Positions 46,910 through 55,097 of a stretch of 64,000 bases of DNA are shown here, piece by piece. This DNA is from Patescibacteria group bacterium (GTDB lineage: Bacteria > Patescibacteriota > Patescibacteriia > 2-12-FULL-60-25): contig JAXLZL010000004.1 in assembly GCA_046350895.1 (NCBI GenBank), positions 8,056-72,055 of the forward strand. Direction: 5' to 3'. The notes under the pieces were generated by a model. The model was given only the letters and a program-made list of their open reading frames with translations, made no database searches and was not told the DNA's origin. The translations under genes and the position numbers were made by a program. Position 1 is the stretch's first letter; each line of letters begins with the position of its first letter.

Positions 46910-48046
46910 ATGCACGTTAGCCAAGTATCGCACGAACGCAACAAGCACCGGCTCCCGCCGGTACTCGAAAGCGGTGACCACGACCTCGTGGACACCGCAG
47001 GCAGCCGTTACCACGTGGTGGTCATCCCCCACGTCGACGACGCGCTGATTCTGCCGACCGTCAACGGCGCGGTGTCGATCTTCGACCCGCACCTGTGCAT
47101 GAGCTTCGAAACGCTCCCGAAGGATCACGAGATCCTCGAGGCGGCGCATCGGCTCTGCGAAGCGTCGGCATGCGAGGCCAAGATCGGGTCCACCCAGCTC
47201 CACAGCAACTTCTACTGCTTCGAGCGCGGCCACAACAACGTCACGCACAACTTCCACGTCTTCTTCGCGAAGGCGGGCAAGCGCGAGGCCGAAGGCCACC
47301 AGACCTTCACCCGCGAGACGCTGAAGGGCAACCCGCGCGTCACCGAGGCCTGGAAGGACATCTTCGACCAGATGGACGATCTCGGCCTCATCGAGGACAA
47401 GATCCGCGCCATCCCCGAATCCCGGCTTCCCGCCGAGACCCCGAAGAAGGAGAAGCCGTCCAAGCCCAAGCGCACCAGCATCCCGCCCGCCAAGCACGCG
47501 ACCAAGAAGCCGGAGGAGAAGATGCAGGCCACCAACCCGTTCAGCCATCCGCTCCTCGCCTCGGGCAAGCCGCTGTCGATCATCATCCCGATGTTCAACG
47601 GTCAGGCCATGCTCGGCGGTACCGTCACGGTAGGCGCACGGATCTGGACGGTGCTGGACAAGTCGATGTGCATCGAGTCGATGCACGCAGGCGACGACAT
47701 GATCCACGCCACCTGCCACGCACGGTTGCCGTTCGACTTCGTCGAGCTGATCAGCCACAAGCCGGCCAAGTACGGCGAGCTGCCGGTCAACATCTACCTG
47801 GCCGGGCTCGTCGATCCGAGCGCAGTACTCGAGCGGTCTGCGGTTCATCCCGCGACGCGAGGTCGAAGAGATCCTCTCCTGATCCTCCGCGTGATCCACG
47901 ACAGCATCACGTCGTTCGTCTTCGGCGAGCTGCGCACCTGTTGTTCTGCCCTGGTCCCAGATGGCAGCGAATCCGAACAATTTCCGGACTTCCGCATTGA
48001 ACTCATAGAGGGTTCGATGCGGGGTTCCTATTTTGCAAAATATTGA
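46910..48046 (+). CDS. High-GC orphan protein, two domains joined by a Pro/Lys-rich linker; function unknown
   Basis: AGGAGGG SD (46896-46902) is 7 nt before ATG, with TATAAT at 46859-46864. A hand count gives 39/60 GC at 47041-47100. About four of five codons in this frame end in G/C, whereas the other long ORFs here do not show that bias. There is a local frame anomaly at 47838-47882: the alternate frame reads RFIPRREVEEILS-TGA, so the end is either 47882 or 48046. Confidence 0.6.
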   Translation: MHVSQVSHERNKHRLPPVLESGDHDLVDTAGSRYHVVVIPHVDDALILPTVNGAVSIFDPHLCMSFETLPKDHEILEAAHRLCEASACEAKIGSTQLHSNFYCFERGHNNVTHNFHVFFAKAGKREAEGHQTFTRETLKGNPRVTEAWKDIFDQMDDLGLIEDKIRAIPESRLPAETPKKEKPSKPKRTSIPPAKHATKKPEEKMQATNPFSHPLLASGKPLSIIIPMFNGQAMLGGTVTVGARIWTVLDKSMCIESMHAGDDMIHATCHARLPFDFVELISHKPAKYGELPVNIYLAGLVDPSAVLERSAVHPATRGRRDPLLILRVIHDSITSFVFGELRTCCSALVPDGSESEQFPDFRIELIEGSMRGSYFAKY

Positions 48047-48099
48047 CGAATGCCAAACCGAGGCACAAGCTATCTCGGCCTTGAAACCTTTGAGGGATC

Positions 48100-48706
48100 A
48101 TGCTGCTCACCATTAGCGGTCCGCCTGGCACGGTAAAACAGCAACTAATCGGCGCCTCATTGAGTTGTTGGCGCCCGTCGCCCAGCTTGTGCCGTCGTAT
48201 ACGACGCGCACGGCACGCGACTATCCGCGGGTGAATACAACTACGTCACCAAAGAATGGTTCTATTGTTCCTCTCGAAGATGAAGAGCTTCTCTGGGACA
48301 TCGAGATTCATGGCCAACACTATGGCACCCGCCTCATCGACTTGCACCATGCCTTGATGCACGGCGAGAGCCTACACCTGCTTTCTGCAAAACCGATGTC
48401 ATACCACGCATCCGCAAACACGCGGCAGCGGTACAGGCAGAAGACGCGATCTATTCGCTCTTTCTCGATCCTCCGCCTTTGCACGACCAGTGGTATGAAC
48501 GCCTCATCGAGCGAGGTGAAACGCCGCAGAGCGCCCGCGCCCGCATGGACGATGCCTTGGCGTGGTCCAAGGAGGCGCATCTGAGCACCATCGATCTCGA
48601 CTTCGTCCCGAATGCCGCAACCATGGAGGACAAGTACCACTATATTCTTCGCTCGCTGAATGCGCGTTTTTCCCAAACTGGCGCCTTCAGAAGATGGCCG
48701 GTCTGA
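48100..48706 (+). pseudogene. Guanylate-kinase-like P-loop kinase with several frameshifts
   Basis: Pieces in three frames: MLLTISGPPGT(GK).., LVPSYTTRTARDYPR, GEYNYVTKEWF, LWDIEIHGQHYGT, and C-terminal ORF 48479..48706. Confidence 0.6.
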
Positions 48707-48738
48707 CCCGCACTTCTCTAGGTGCGGGTTTCGTTTTT
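48706..48738 (+). terminator. Intrinsic terminator
   Basis: ACCCGCAC-TTCTCTAG-GTGCGGGT followed by TTTCGTTTTTG. Confidence 0.7.
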
Positions 48739-48748
48739 GTGGTATTCC

Positions 48749-50027
48749 CTATGAATTGCACGACGGCCCAGCTCGAGGCGGCACATCAGAAGGCAGCATC
48801 TTTTTTGCCAACGACAAACCACCAAAACTGCGGCAGCGACTCAATGCCACATAGGCTTGGCCAGCGGCAAAGCGCCATTGCCAAAATCGATGTGCACATG
48901 GTCAAAGGTTTTGCCTTTGGCTTTTATGGATGGTCACCGCCCAGGCTGCCAAACGTAAAGGCAATTGGGTAAAGCTCCCGGCGGATTCTTGCTCGATCGA
49001 CTTTGTTTCATCATTAAACGTGCTTTCATACAAACTCCAGGTATGCGGGCCAACCGCCACGGTTTGTCCATCATCGTCCAACTTCACCAAGACGAACTCG
49101 GCACCTTGTTCGTCCTTGTCGAATCCCTCTACTCCAACCCAGGCCGCTATTCACATATCGCCCCATCGGATCATTCGCCACACACATAACGCGTGCCCCT
49201 TTTTTTAAGGTTAATACCATGTCCGTTGGTATTTCATTTTCTTTAAAGTCACCATTCAATAAACCGTCATATGATTTTTCTTTGCCGTCCAAAGCTCCAA
49301 ACGTTCGTTAATGGCATCCGCTTCGGCGTTACGTGCCGTCAGAGTAATGACATCTTTTGGCAATTCATTGGCGACCTGACGGTTGAGCTCACGCAATATC
49401 CCTTCCCCTAAATCACGATGGCGGATCCCGTTCAACAAACCGATGAAGGTCGGATCTTCTTGGCGGTAAATTTTTTCAAGTTCGATCAAGGCAAAACCTC
49501 CCGCATCGAGCAATTGGCCAATGACGTGGGATGAAAAAAAGTAAGGCGTTGGATACAGCATCGAAAAGCGTCTCGTTCACGCGACGTCACTGTCGGCGGC
49601 AGTTGGTACAAATCCCCCACCGCCACGATGCGTACGCCGCCAAATGGCCGCTTGTCTTTTCTGGCCGTACGTAAAAAGACATCCATGCAATCCATCAAAT
49701 CTGCGCGCAATTCATTGAGATCTCATCAATGATGATCAAATTCAGTTTGCGAAATAACGAAACGCTCGGGCGCAACCGCTTCAACCTGGCTTTCTCAACC
49801 GTGACATTGGGCGAAAAACCAAAACCGATGGATCGTTTGCCCTCCAACATTCAAGGGCCGCGATGCCCCGTTGGCGCAAGCACGGGCACATACCCTGGGT
49901 CTCAAGCAAAAATGGCGCAAAAGCGTGCTTTGCCGGTGCCGGCACGTCTCGTGATCATGGTAAACGCGCCGCCATGGTGCAATTGTTCGAGCGCTTCATC
50001 GAAAGCGGGCGTATGGTTCAGTTTCAT
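48749..50027 (-). pseudogene. PIF1/RecD-like (AAA_30) helicase with at least 8 frame disruptions
   Basis: Own translation from ATG 50027 gives MKLNHTPAFDEALEQLHHGGAFTMIT.RAGTGK. Further fragments: VLAPTG / IAAL / NVGGQTIHRF, NLIIIDEISM, RPFGGVRIVAVGDLYQLPP, and ELEKIYRQEDPTFIGLLNGIR. Near the C-terminus: LKKGARVMCVAND, AVTIHKSQ and YVALSRCRSFGGL. The pieces are spread over all three frames. Confidence 0.75.
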
Positions 50028-50452
50028 TAGGCAAGAGGATACCAGAACAGATACCGAACGGGCAAGAAACCTGCCGGTGATTAAGGATTGTTCGCTAAGG
50101 TTTTATCCGGAGGCAGAACAAATGCAACCTCAGACCTTTATTCGCTCATCAATAACCGCTTACGTTCACAGCGATGCTCATCCAGCAATCAGGCGATTGA
50201 AATGAAAGGTCCGTTTCAGGCCTTTGTCTTGAATCACGTCTCTTTTGCACATAGTCAAACAGACGGGCAAACTTGCCGCCATTTCTGAAAACTACGATCA
50301 TGAAGACTTCTGCGTGAGGATGTACGCGTTATTATTCGCGAATCAGCTGCCAAACTTATTGCGAACGCCATCCAATTAGCAGCTCGTTTTGACATCGAGC
50401 CCGACGATTCAGCGCCTCGCAATCAACGAATCCCCTGCGACTTTTCGCCAAG

Positions 50453-50475
50453 GCCGCTCATCGAGCGGCTTTTGT
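50453..50475 (+). terminator. Intrinsic terminator after a ~57-codon plus-strand coding remnant
   Basis: GCCGCTC-ATC-GAGCGGC followed by TTTTGTG. The open frame upstream (about 50296-50466) reads ..LLREDVRVIIRESAAKLIANAIQLAARFDIEPDD.. with no start codon. Confidence 0.55.
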
Positions 50476-50720
50476 GACCATAGTCATTATCAAGGCTTTT
50501 TCTGACTTTGTGAGCTTTTTTATCTCGGCTTCTTTTTTGCGCGCTTCGGTAGCCGTTTTCATCTTTTTCTTGTAGACCAAAATAACCGGGCCACGACCAC
50601 GCGTATATTTGGCGCCGGTGCCATCATTGTGTTTGATGCGTTTTCAGACCATTTGTGATGCCGCAACAGCAAAGAGTTGTCGCGGCAACGCGGTGAGACA
50701 TACCAAGAAACCCCTTTCAT
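50458..50720 (-). pseudogene. GIY-YIG (UPF0213/YhbQ-like) small nuclease gene, frame-disrupted in its N-terminal third
   Basis: One frame gives RIKHNDGTGAKYTRGRGPVILVYKKKMKTATEARKKEAEIKKLTKSEK..-TGA. N-terminal pieces WYV..RCRDNSL and LCCCGITNGLKT are in other frames. Confidence 0.65.
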
Positions 50721-50789
50721 ACAGGCATCTTAACGTTTCTTTGGTGGCTTAGCGATAGCGATGGATTTTAGCGCCCATTTTTGGCGAGT

Positions 50790-51088
50790 CTATATGTCTT
50801 CAAGCGCGTCTTCAGGAAGTCTCCAGTAATTCATCGAAGCATGCTCACCGTCTTTGGTCGGATACGCAAACGTTCACTCCCCGCTTCTTCAAACCCGCAA
50901 TGGAGTTTTTCATCCGCTTTCAAATATAAAACACCATCATCAATGATGGGCAAAAACTTTCCATCAGAATACAGGCCATAACCGCCAAACATGCGACGAT
51001 GCGCTAATGCCGGCAAACCAGACAATAGGTCGTTGACGACAAAGTCGACGAAGGGGTCGAGGGCGGGTGCTATAATCATATCTGCCAT
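50790..51088 (-). pseudogene. TfoX N-terminal-domain protein, frameshift near 50860
   Basis: ..LSGLPALAHRRMFGGYGLYSDGKFLPIIDDGVLYLKADEK.. (ORF 50831..51169). The alternate frame continues FAYPTKDGEHASMNYWRLPEDALEDI-TAG(50790). Confidence 0.65.
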
Positions 51089-51175
51089 GAAATTCACTAA
51101 CATTATATGCCTTACTGGATCTTCATCTTCTTTGGTGTAGCTGATGTTTTTTAAATCCAACAGACTCAAGGAGAT

Positions 51176-51694
51176 TCATAAGTTCAGTTTTTGTCCAATG
51201 CGCTCCTTATATCGCTTCAATTCACCGGGATAACCCGCCTTGTTTCATAACCTTCGTACGCCTGTTTTGAACGAGTGGTGGAAATAAAGATAATTGCGTC
51301 TTTTTAGCAGCAGTCACAATTTTCTTTAAAAGAAAGCCTGCGCGCCCTTTGGAAAAAGGTGTAATACCGCATCCAATACAAGGCCGTCATATGTAGAGAG
51401 GTCTCTTTTCGACTCCATCCATAACAGATACCACCGCTGTGGGCACGCGTTCTTTTTTGCGAATGCGACCATCAACTCCGAAGAGTCTATACCGTGAGCG
51501 ATACATCCGTATCGGGTTAGTACGTATAAATCTAGGCCAACTCCACAACCCATATCGAGTACACGGGGTTCCTTCGCTCTTTCTTTAAGTCGAGTAACGA
51601 ACGGTTCTAGAACCCCGTTCTGATTATCAAGAAAAAGCCGCCATCTTTGTTGGTAGGTTGAAGCTAATAAGTCGTAAATACCAGCGTTATTCAT
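51176..51694 (-). pseudogene. Small class I SAM-dependent methyltransferase, frame-disrupted in the C-terminal part
   Basis: Motif I VLDMGCGVGLD in ORF 51326..51694; further coding pieces (DAIIFISTTRSKQAYEGYE, GYPGELKRYKERIGQKLNL-TGA) in other frames. Confidence 0.6.
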
Positions 51695-51700
51695 AATAGC

Positions 51701-52203
51701 TTAATAAGCCGTCCTTGTACTTGCAAGATAGACATTTAAAGCTGTGTAAAAACCACCGTTTCTTTCTAAATCATTTTCCTGATCTTTATACGAAAGCCCC
51801 TCCAAATAGGCTTCTCCTTCTTCAACGCCCATGAGACTATAACTAGGAACAGCAAGAACTGTTGGCAACACCCCACTCCACGATTCACCAGAAAAACATT
51901 CTCAAGCCCATATCCTGCAGCTCCGATCCAGAACCTGCCATTCATTATTTATGAATACTTCAAGATAAAGGTGTGTAGCATCGGGTTCATGAGGGATGTC
52001 TAAAATACTTTGCGGTAAATTCAAATCATCCCAGCGAAAACGACAAACACGTCTCCGCACCTTAAGACCTTCAGCTTTAAGCGCTTTCTGTAAACGTTCG
52101 CATTTACCAGAGCAGCAATTATTTTCATATCGTCACCCAAAGGAATACGATACGGTACATCACGCCTCTTATTGAATGCTGCTAACAGTTTCTGAAGATC
52201 CAT
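51701..52203 (-). pseudogene. Transglutaminase-like (Cys-His-Asp) domain protein, several frameshifts
   Basis: ORF 52021..52203 (MDLQKLLAAFNKRRDVPYRIPLGDD..) is followed by fragments in other frames. These include CSGKCERLQKALKAEGLKV, PDATHLYLEVFINNEWQVLD and ..GGFYTALNVYLASTRTAY-TAA. The family call is tentative. Confidence 0.45.
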
Positions 52204-52206
52204 AGC

Positions 52207-52860
52207 TTATCGTAAAATAAACTCGTGTAACTCTTTCGACTTGATTGAGCAGGTATGCAAATTCGGCAAGGTCTTGAGCGGCATGAAGACATTTTCAACG
52301 TTTGGGCGAATCACCTTGGCCATGCCATAGCGCATTCTGCCCGTGAGAATAGATGACGCGATAAGATTCTTGTCCCAAGCGCAATAAACATTCACCAACT
52401 TTAACGAGCCGTCATGAAGGCGGTTAATCGTGTTTTGGTCTGTAACAGCTTGGTTTTGTGCGATGTCCGCTTGCACAAAGACGATCTTCTTGAGCGAAGC
52501 TGGTGCGCCAAAACGGTTGATTGTATCCAGCAAGAAGCGACATCCGAGCGAGTGGCAAACCACGGTTTCGATCTGACCATCCTCCAAAAAACGAAAGAGC
52601 TTTTGCTGCCATTCAGGATCAGCTGCGCGGCGTTCTTCGGCGCGGTAGAGGTTTAGAATAGAACCAAGCGACACGATTTGCCACAAGGCAAAACGCTTGG
52701 GTATCCCCCAACGAAAGACGCTCACCTCCCCTTTTGCCACCTCATCACGAAAGGCTTCAAAGCCGGCGTCAGCACCCAAAGCCGGCCGAAAGCGTGAAAA
52801 CTCGGCGTCAATGGCAAAACCATGAAGCAAGGCGGTACGAGGCTTGGTAGACGGATTCAT
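52207..52860 (-). CDS. Alpha/beta-hydrolase-fold protein (217 aa), intact
   Basis: Nucleophile-elbow-like VVCHSLGC; ORF uninterrupted. Confidence 0.6.
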   Translation of the reverse strand: MNPSTKPRTALLHGFAIDAEFSRFRPALGADAGFEAFRDEVAKGEVSVFRWGIPKRFALWQIVSLGSILNLYRAEERRAADPEWQQKLFRFLEDGQIETVVCHSLGCRFLLDTINRFGAPASLKKIVFVQADIAQNQAVTDQNTINRLHDGSLKLVNVYCAWDKNLIASSILTGRMRYGMAKVIRPNVENVFMPLKTLPNLHTCSIKSKELHEFILR

Positions 52861-52895
52861 GGCCTGCGTATCTTAGCCCTAGACCGCAAAACAGT

Positions 52896-52921
52896 AAAAC
52901 CCCACCTTGTGGGTGGGGTTT
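52896..52921 (-). terminator. Intrinsic terminator downstream of tRNA-Ser
   Basis: ACCCCACC-TTGTG-GGTGGGGT; minus strand followed by TTTTAC. Confidence 0.75.
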
Positions 52922-52926
52922 GTACG

Positions 52927-53015
52927 TGGCGGAGAAGGAGATTCGAACTCCCGATACCGGCGAAGGGTATGCTTGCTTTCCAAGCAAGAGCACTAGACCA
53001 CTATGCGACCTCTCC
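52927..53015 (-). tRNA. tRNA-Ser (anticodon GGA), long variable arm, CCA encoded
   Basis: Reverse complement GGAGAGGTCGCATAGTGGTCTAGTGCTCTTGCTTGGAAAGCAAGCATACCCTTCGCCGGTATCGGGAGTTCGAATCTCCTTCTCCGCCA has a 7-bp acceptor, anticodon arm CTTGC-TTGGAAA-GCAAG, and T-arm GGGAG/CTCCT. Upstream promoter TTGCCT-17-TATGAT. Confidence 0.9.
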
Positions 53016-53117
53016 GTGCCGGTTTTATTGGTGGCGGGATCATATCCAAAAATCCCTCTAAAGGCAAGTAAAGCCCATTTTCAAGGCTTTTTGACGATCT
53101 GGTATACTGTTAACCGT

Positions 53118-53540
53118 ATGCCACACATCAATTTTTTGGCTGTCTTTCTCGCAGCCGTCGCGGCCATGGCCGTGGGTTCGGGTTGGTACTCACTCTCGTC
53201 CCCTACCGGCAAGCTCTGGCTGAAAGAACTTGGTTTCAAAGAACCCACGCCGGAGGAGAATAAAAAAATGGCCGGCATGATGATGAAGTCCATGCTCATC
53301 TACTTTGTTGGCGTTCTGGTCACGATGTACGTTTATTTTCACATGCTGGCTACCTATAAAACGGTCGACTATAGCATGGCGCTTCAAGGCGCGTTCTGGA
53401 CCTGGCTTGGCTTCTTTGCCGCCCCGGGCATCAGCCCCGTCATTTTCGAACGTAAAAGCTGGAAGCTCTTTGCCGTCAACCAAGGCTTCAATCTCATCAT
53501 GTTAGCCATCGCATCAGTCATCTTTGTTGCCATGAACTAA
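53118..53540 (+). CDS. DUF1761-like small membrane protein
   Basis: Start taken at MPHINFLAVFLAAV; 4 helices. The track ORF start (52920) overlaps the tRNA. Confidence 0.6.
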   Translation: MPHINFLAVFLAAVAAMAVGSGWYSLSSPTGKLWLKELGFKEPTPEENKKMAGMMMKSMLIYFVGVLVTMYVYFHMLATYKTVDYSMALQGAFWTWLGFFAAPGISPVIFERKSWKLFAVNQGFNLIMLAIASVIFVAMN

Positions 53541-53557
53541 GCGTTTTATCCCATCAC

Positions 53558-53586
53558 AAAAATCACCCCATACGGGGTGATTTTTT
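53558..53586. terminator. Bidirectional intrinsic terminator
   Basis: AAAATCACCCC-ATAC-GGGGTGATTTTTT. Confidence 0.8.
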
Positions 53587-53603
53587 CATTTGAACCGTGG
53601 ATA

Positions 53604-54347
53604 TTATTTGCTTGCGCCGGCAGCCTGAATGGCGGCCTTGAGCTGAGCGTATGGCACCGCACCAGAGATAAGCGAACCGTTAACAAAGGTTGCTGGAGTA
53701 CCTTCGACACCTGCCGCCGAACCCTCGGTCGTGTCCGTGTTTACGCGTTTGGCCATCTCGCCAGAGTTGAGACACTTGGTGAAATTACCTTCGTTAATGC
53801 CGAGGCTCTTCGCGATATCGATATAGGTCTGGGTGCCGAGCGACTCTTGCTTGGCAAAGAGTTGGTCGTGCATCTGCCAGAACTTGTCTTCACCGCCGAG
53901 CTTGGCGGCACATTCGGATGCTTCTGCAGCCTTTTGCGCTTCAGGATGAATCGCCGAAAGTGGGTAGTGGCGATAAACCAAGCGGACGTCTTGAGGGAAG
54001 TCTTTTAAAGCGCTTTCAATTGAAGGCGTGTGGCGTTGGCAGAATGGGCACTGAAAATCGGAGTATTCGATCAAGGTGACCTTGGCATTCTTACTACCTT
54101 TGATGTGGTCAACTTTTTCGTCTACCGGTTTAACAGGGCCAGCTGGAGCCGATGGCTGGGTAGGATCATTGGCCGTTGGAACGGTTGGGTTATTTGCTGC
54201 GAGCGAACCGCCGCTTGGCAATTTGCCACCAGCGAGAAGGGCAAACGTGAGGCCAAAACCGATAACCGCCGAAACCGCTACGCCGAGAAAAAGACCCGAG
54301 AAAAACATGGTCTTTGCACCGCCGTCAAAAAATGAGCCTTGGGACAT
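53604..54347 (-). CDS. Membrane-anchored DsbA-like thiol:disulfide oxidoreductase
   Basis: N-terminal TM; thioredoxin-fold motif YSDFQCPFCQRH. Confidence 0.8.
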   Translation of the reverse strand: MSQGSFFDGGAKTMFFSGLFLGVAVSAVIGFGLTFALLAGGKLPSGGSLAANNPTVPTANDPTQPSAPAGPVKPVDEKVDHIKGSKNAKVTLIEYSDFQCPFCQRHTPSIESALKDFPQDVRLVYRHYPLSAIHPEAQKAAEASECAAKLGGEDKFWQMHDQLFAKQESLGTQTYIDIAKSLGINEGNFTKCLNSGEMAKRVNTDTTEGSAAGVEGTPATFVNGSLISGAVPYAQLKAAIQAAGASK

Positions 54348-54419
54348 ATGTGTTGAGTTACGTACTAAAGTGGTACGAGGGTAACAAGTGAGAGTGAATT
54401 ATTGAAGATTTTGTCAATC

Positions 54420-55091
54420 CTACTTGGCCAAAGCCGCATTCAGGATGCGGTCCCAGTCCGAAGCGGTAATGCCGTTATAGACCTGGCCACCGACAATGAA
54501 GGTCGGCGTGGCACGCACGTTATTGCGATTACCTTCGGCCACATCGTCCATGACGACGTTGTCATATTTTTTGTCAGCGAAGCATTGGGCGAATTGCTCG
54601 ACATTGATGCCAACGGTCGATGCATAGGACTTATAGGCGTCCTTGAGGTCTGAGAGACCTTGCCAAACCGTCTGGTTGCTGTAGAGCTGTTCGGTGTACT
54701 CCCAGAATTTGCCTTGCTCTTTGGCGCATCGCGCTGCATTGGCGGCATTGCGGGCATTTGGGTGAATGCTCATGAGCGGAAAGTCGTTCCACACGAATTT
54801 GACGCGGTCGCCGAAGGTTTCGATGGCATGCTTCAAGCCCGGTTCGGCTGCTTTGCAAGCAGGACACTGCAAATCGCTGTAGATCTGCACGACCACCGTT
54901 GAACTGGTATTGCCCGTGATTGGCGCATTGTCATCGTTGAACGTCAGGTTGCCCGCTGTTTGGCCCGGACCTTCGGACGGCAAGCTGACCAATGCCCAGG
55001 TCAAAATGCCAAAGATCGAGGCGACGGCAACAACGGTACCGATGATTAATCCTTTATTTGATGTTTCTTGCATACGGCCAGATTGTGGCAA
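54420..55091 (-). CDS. Membrane-anchored DsbA-like thiol:disulfide oxidoreductase (second copy)
   Basis: N-terminal TM; YSDLQCPACKAA; likely start at MQETSNK (55073). Confidence 0.8.
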   Translation of the reverse strand: MPQSGRMQETSNKGLIIGTVVAVASIFGILTWALVSLPSEGPGQTAGNLTFNDDNAPITGNTSSTVVVQIYSDLQCPACKAAEPGLKHAIETFGDRVKFVWNDFPLMSIHPNARNAANAARCAKEQGKFWEYTEQLYSNQTVWQGLSDLKDAYKSYASTVGINVEQFAQCFADKKYDNVVMDDVAEGNRNNVRATPTFIVGGQVYNGITASDWDRILNAALAK

Positions 55092-55097
55092 ATGGGA

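Noticed and set aside
46748-48000. Very long ORFs antisense or out of frame to the high-GC gene (410 aa on minus 46748..47980; 301 aa on plus 47095..48000; 128 aa on minus 47212..47598).
   Set aside because: High GC suppresses stop codons in all frames. Only the 46910 frame has third-position G/C bias plus an SD and ATG. The others translate to Arg/Gly/Ala/Asp-rich low-complexity strings.
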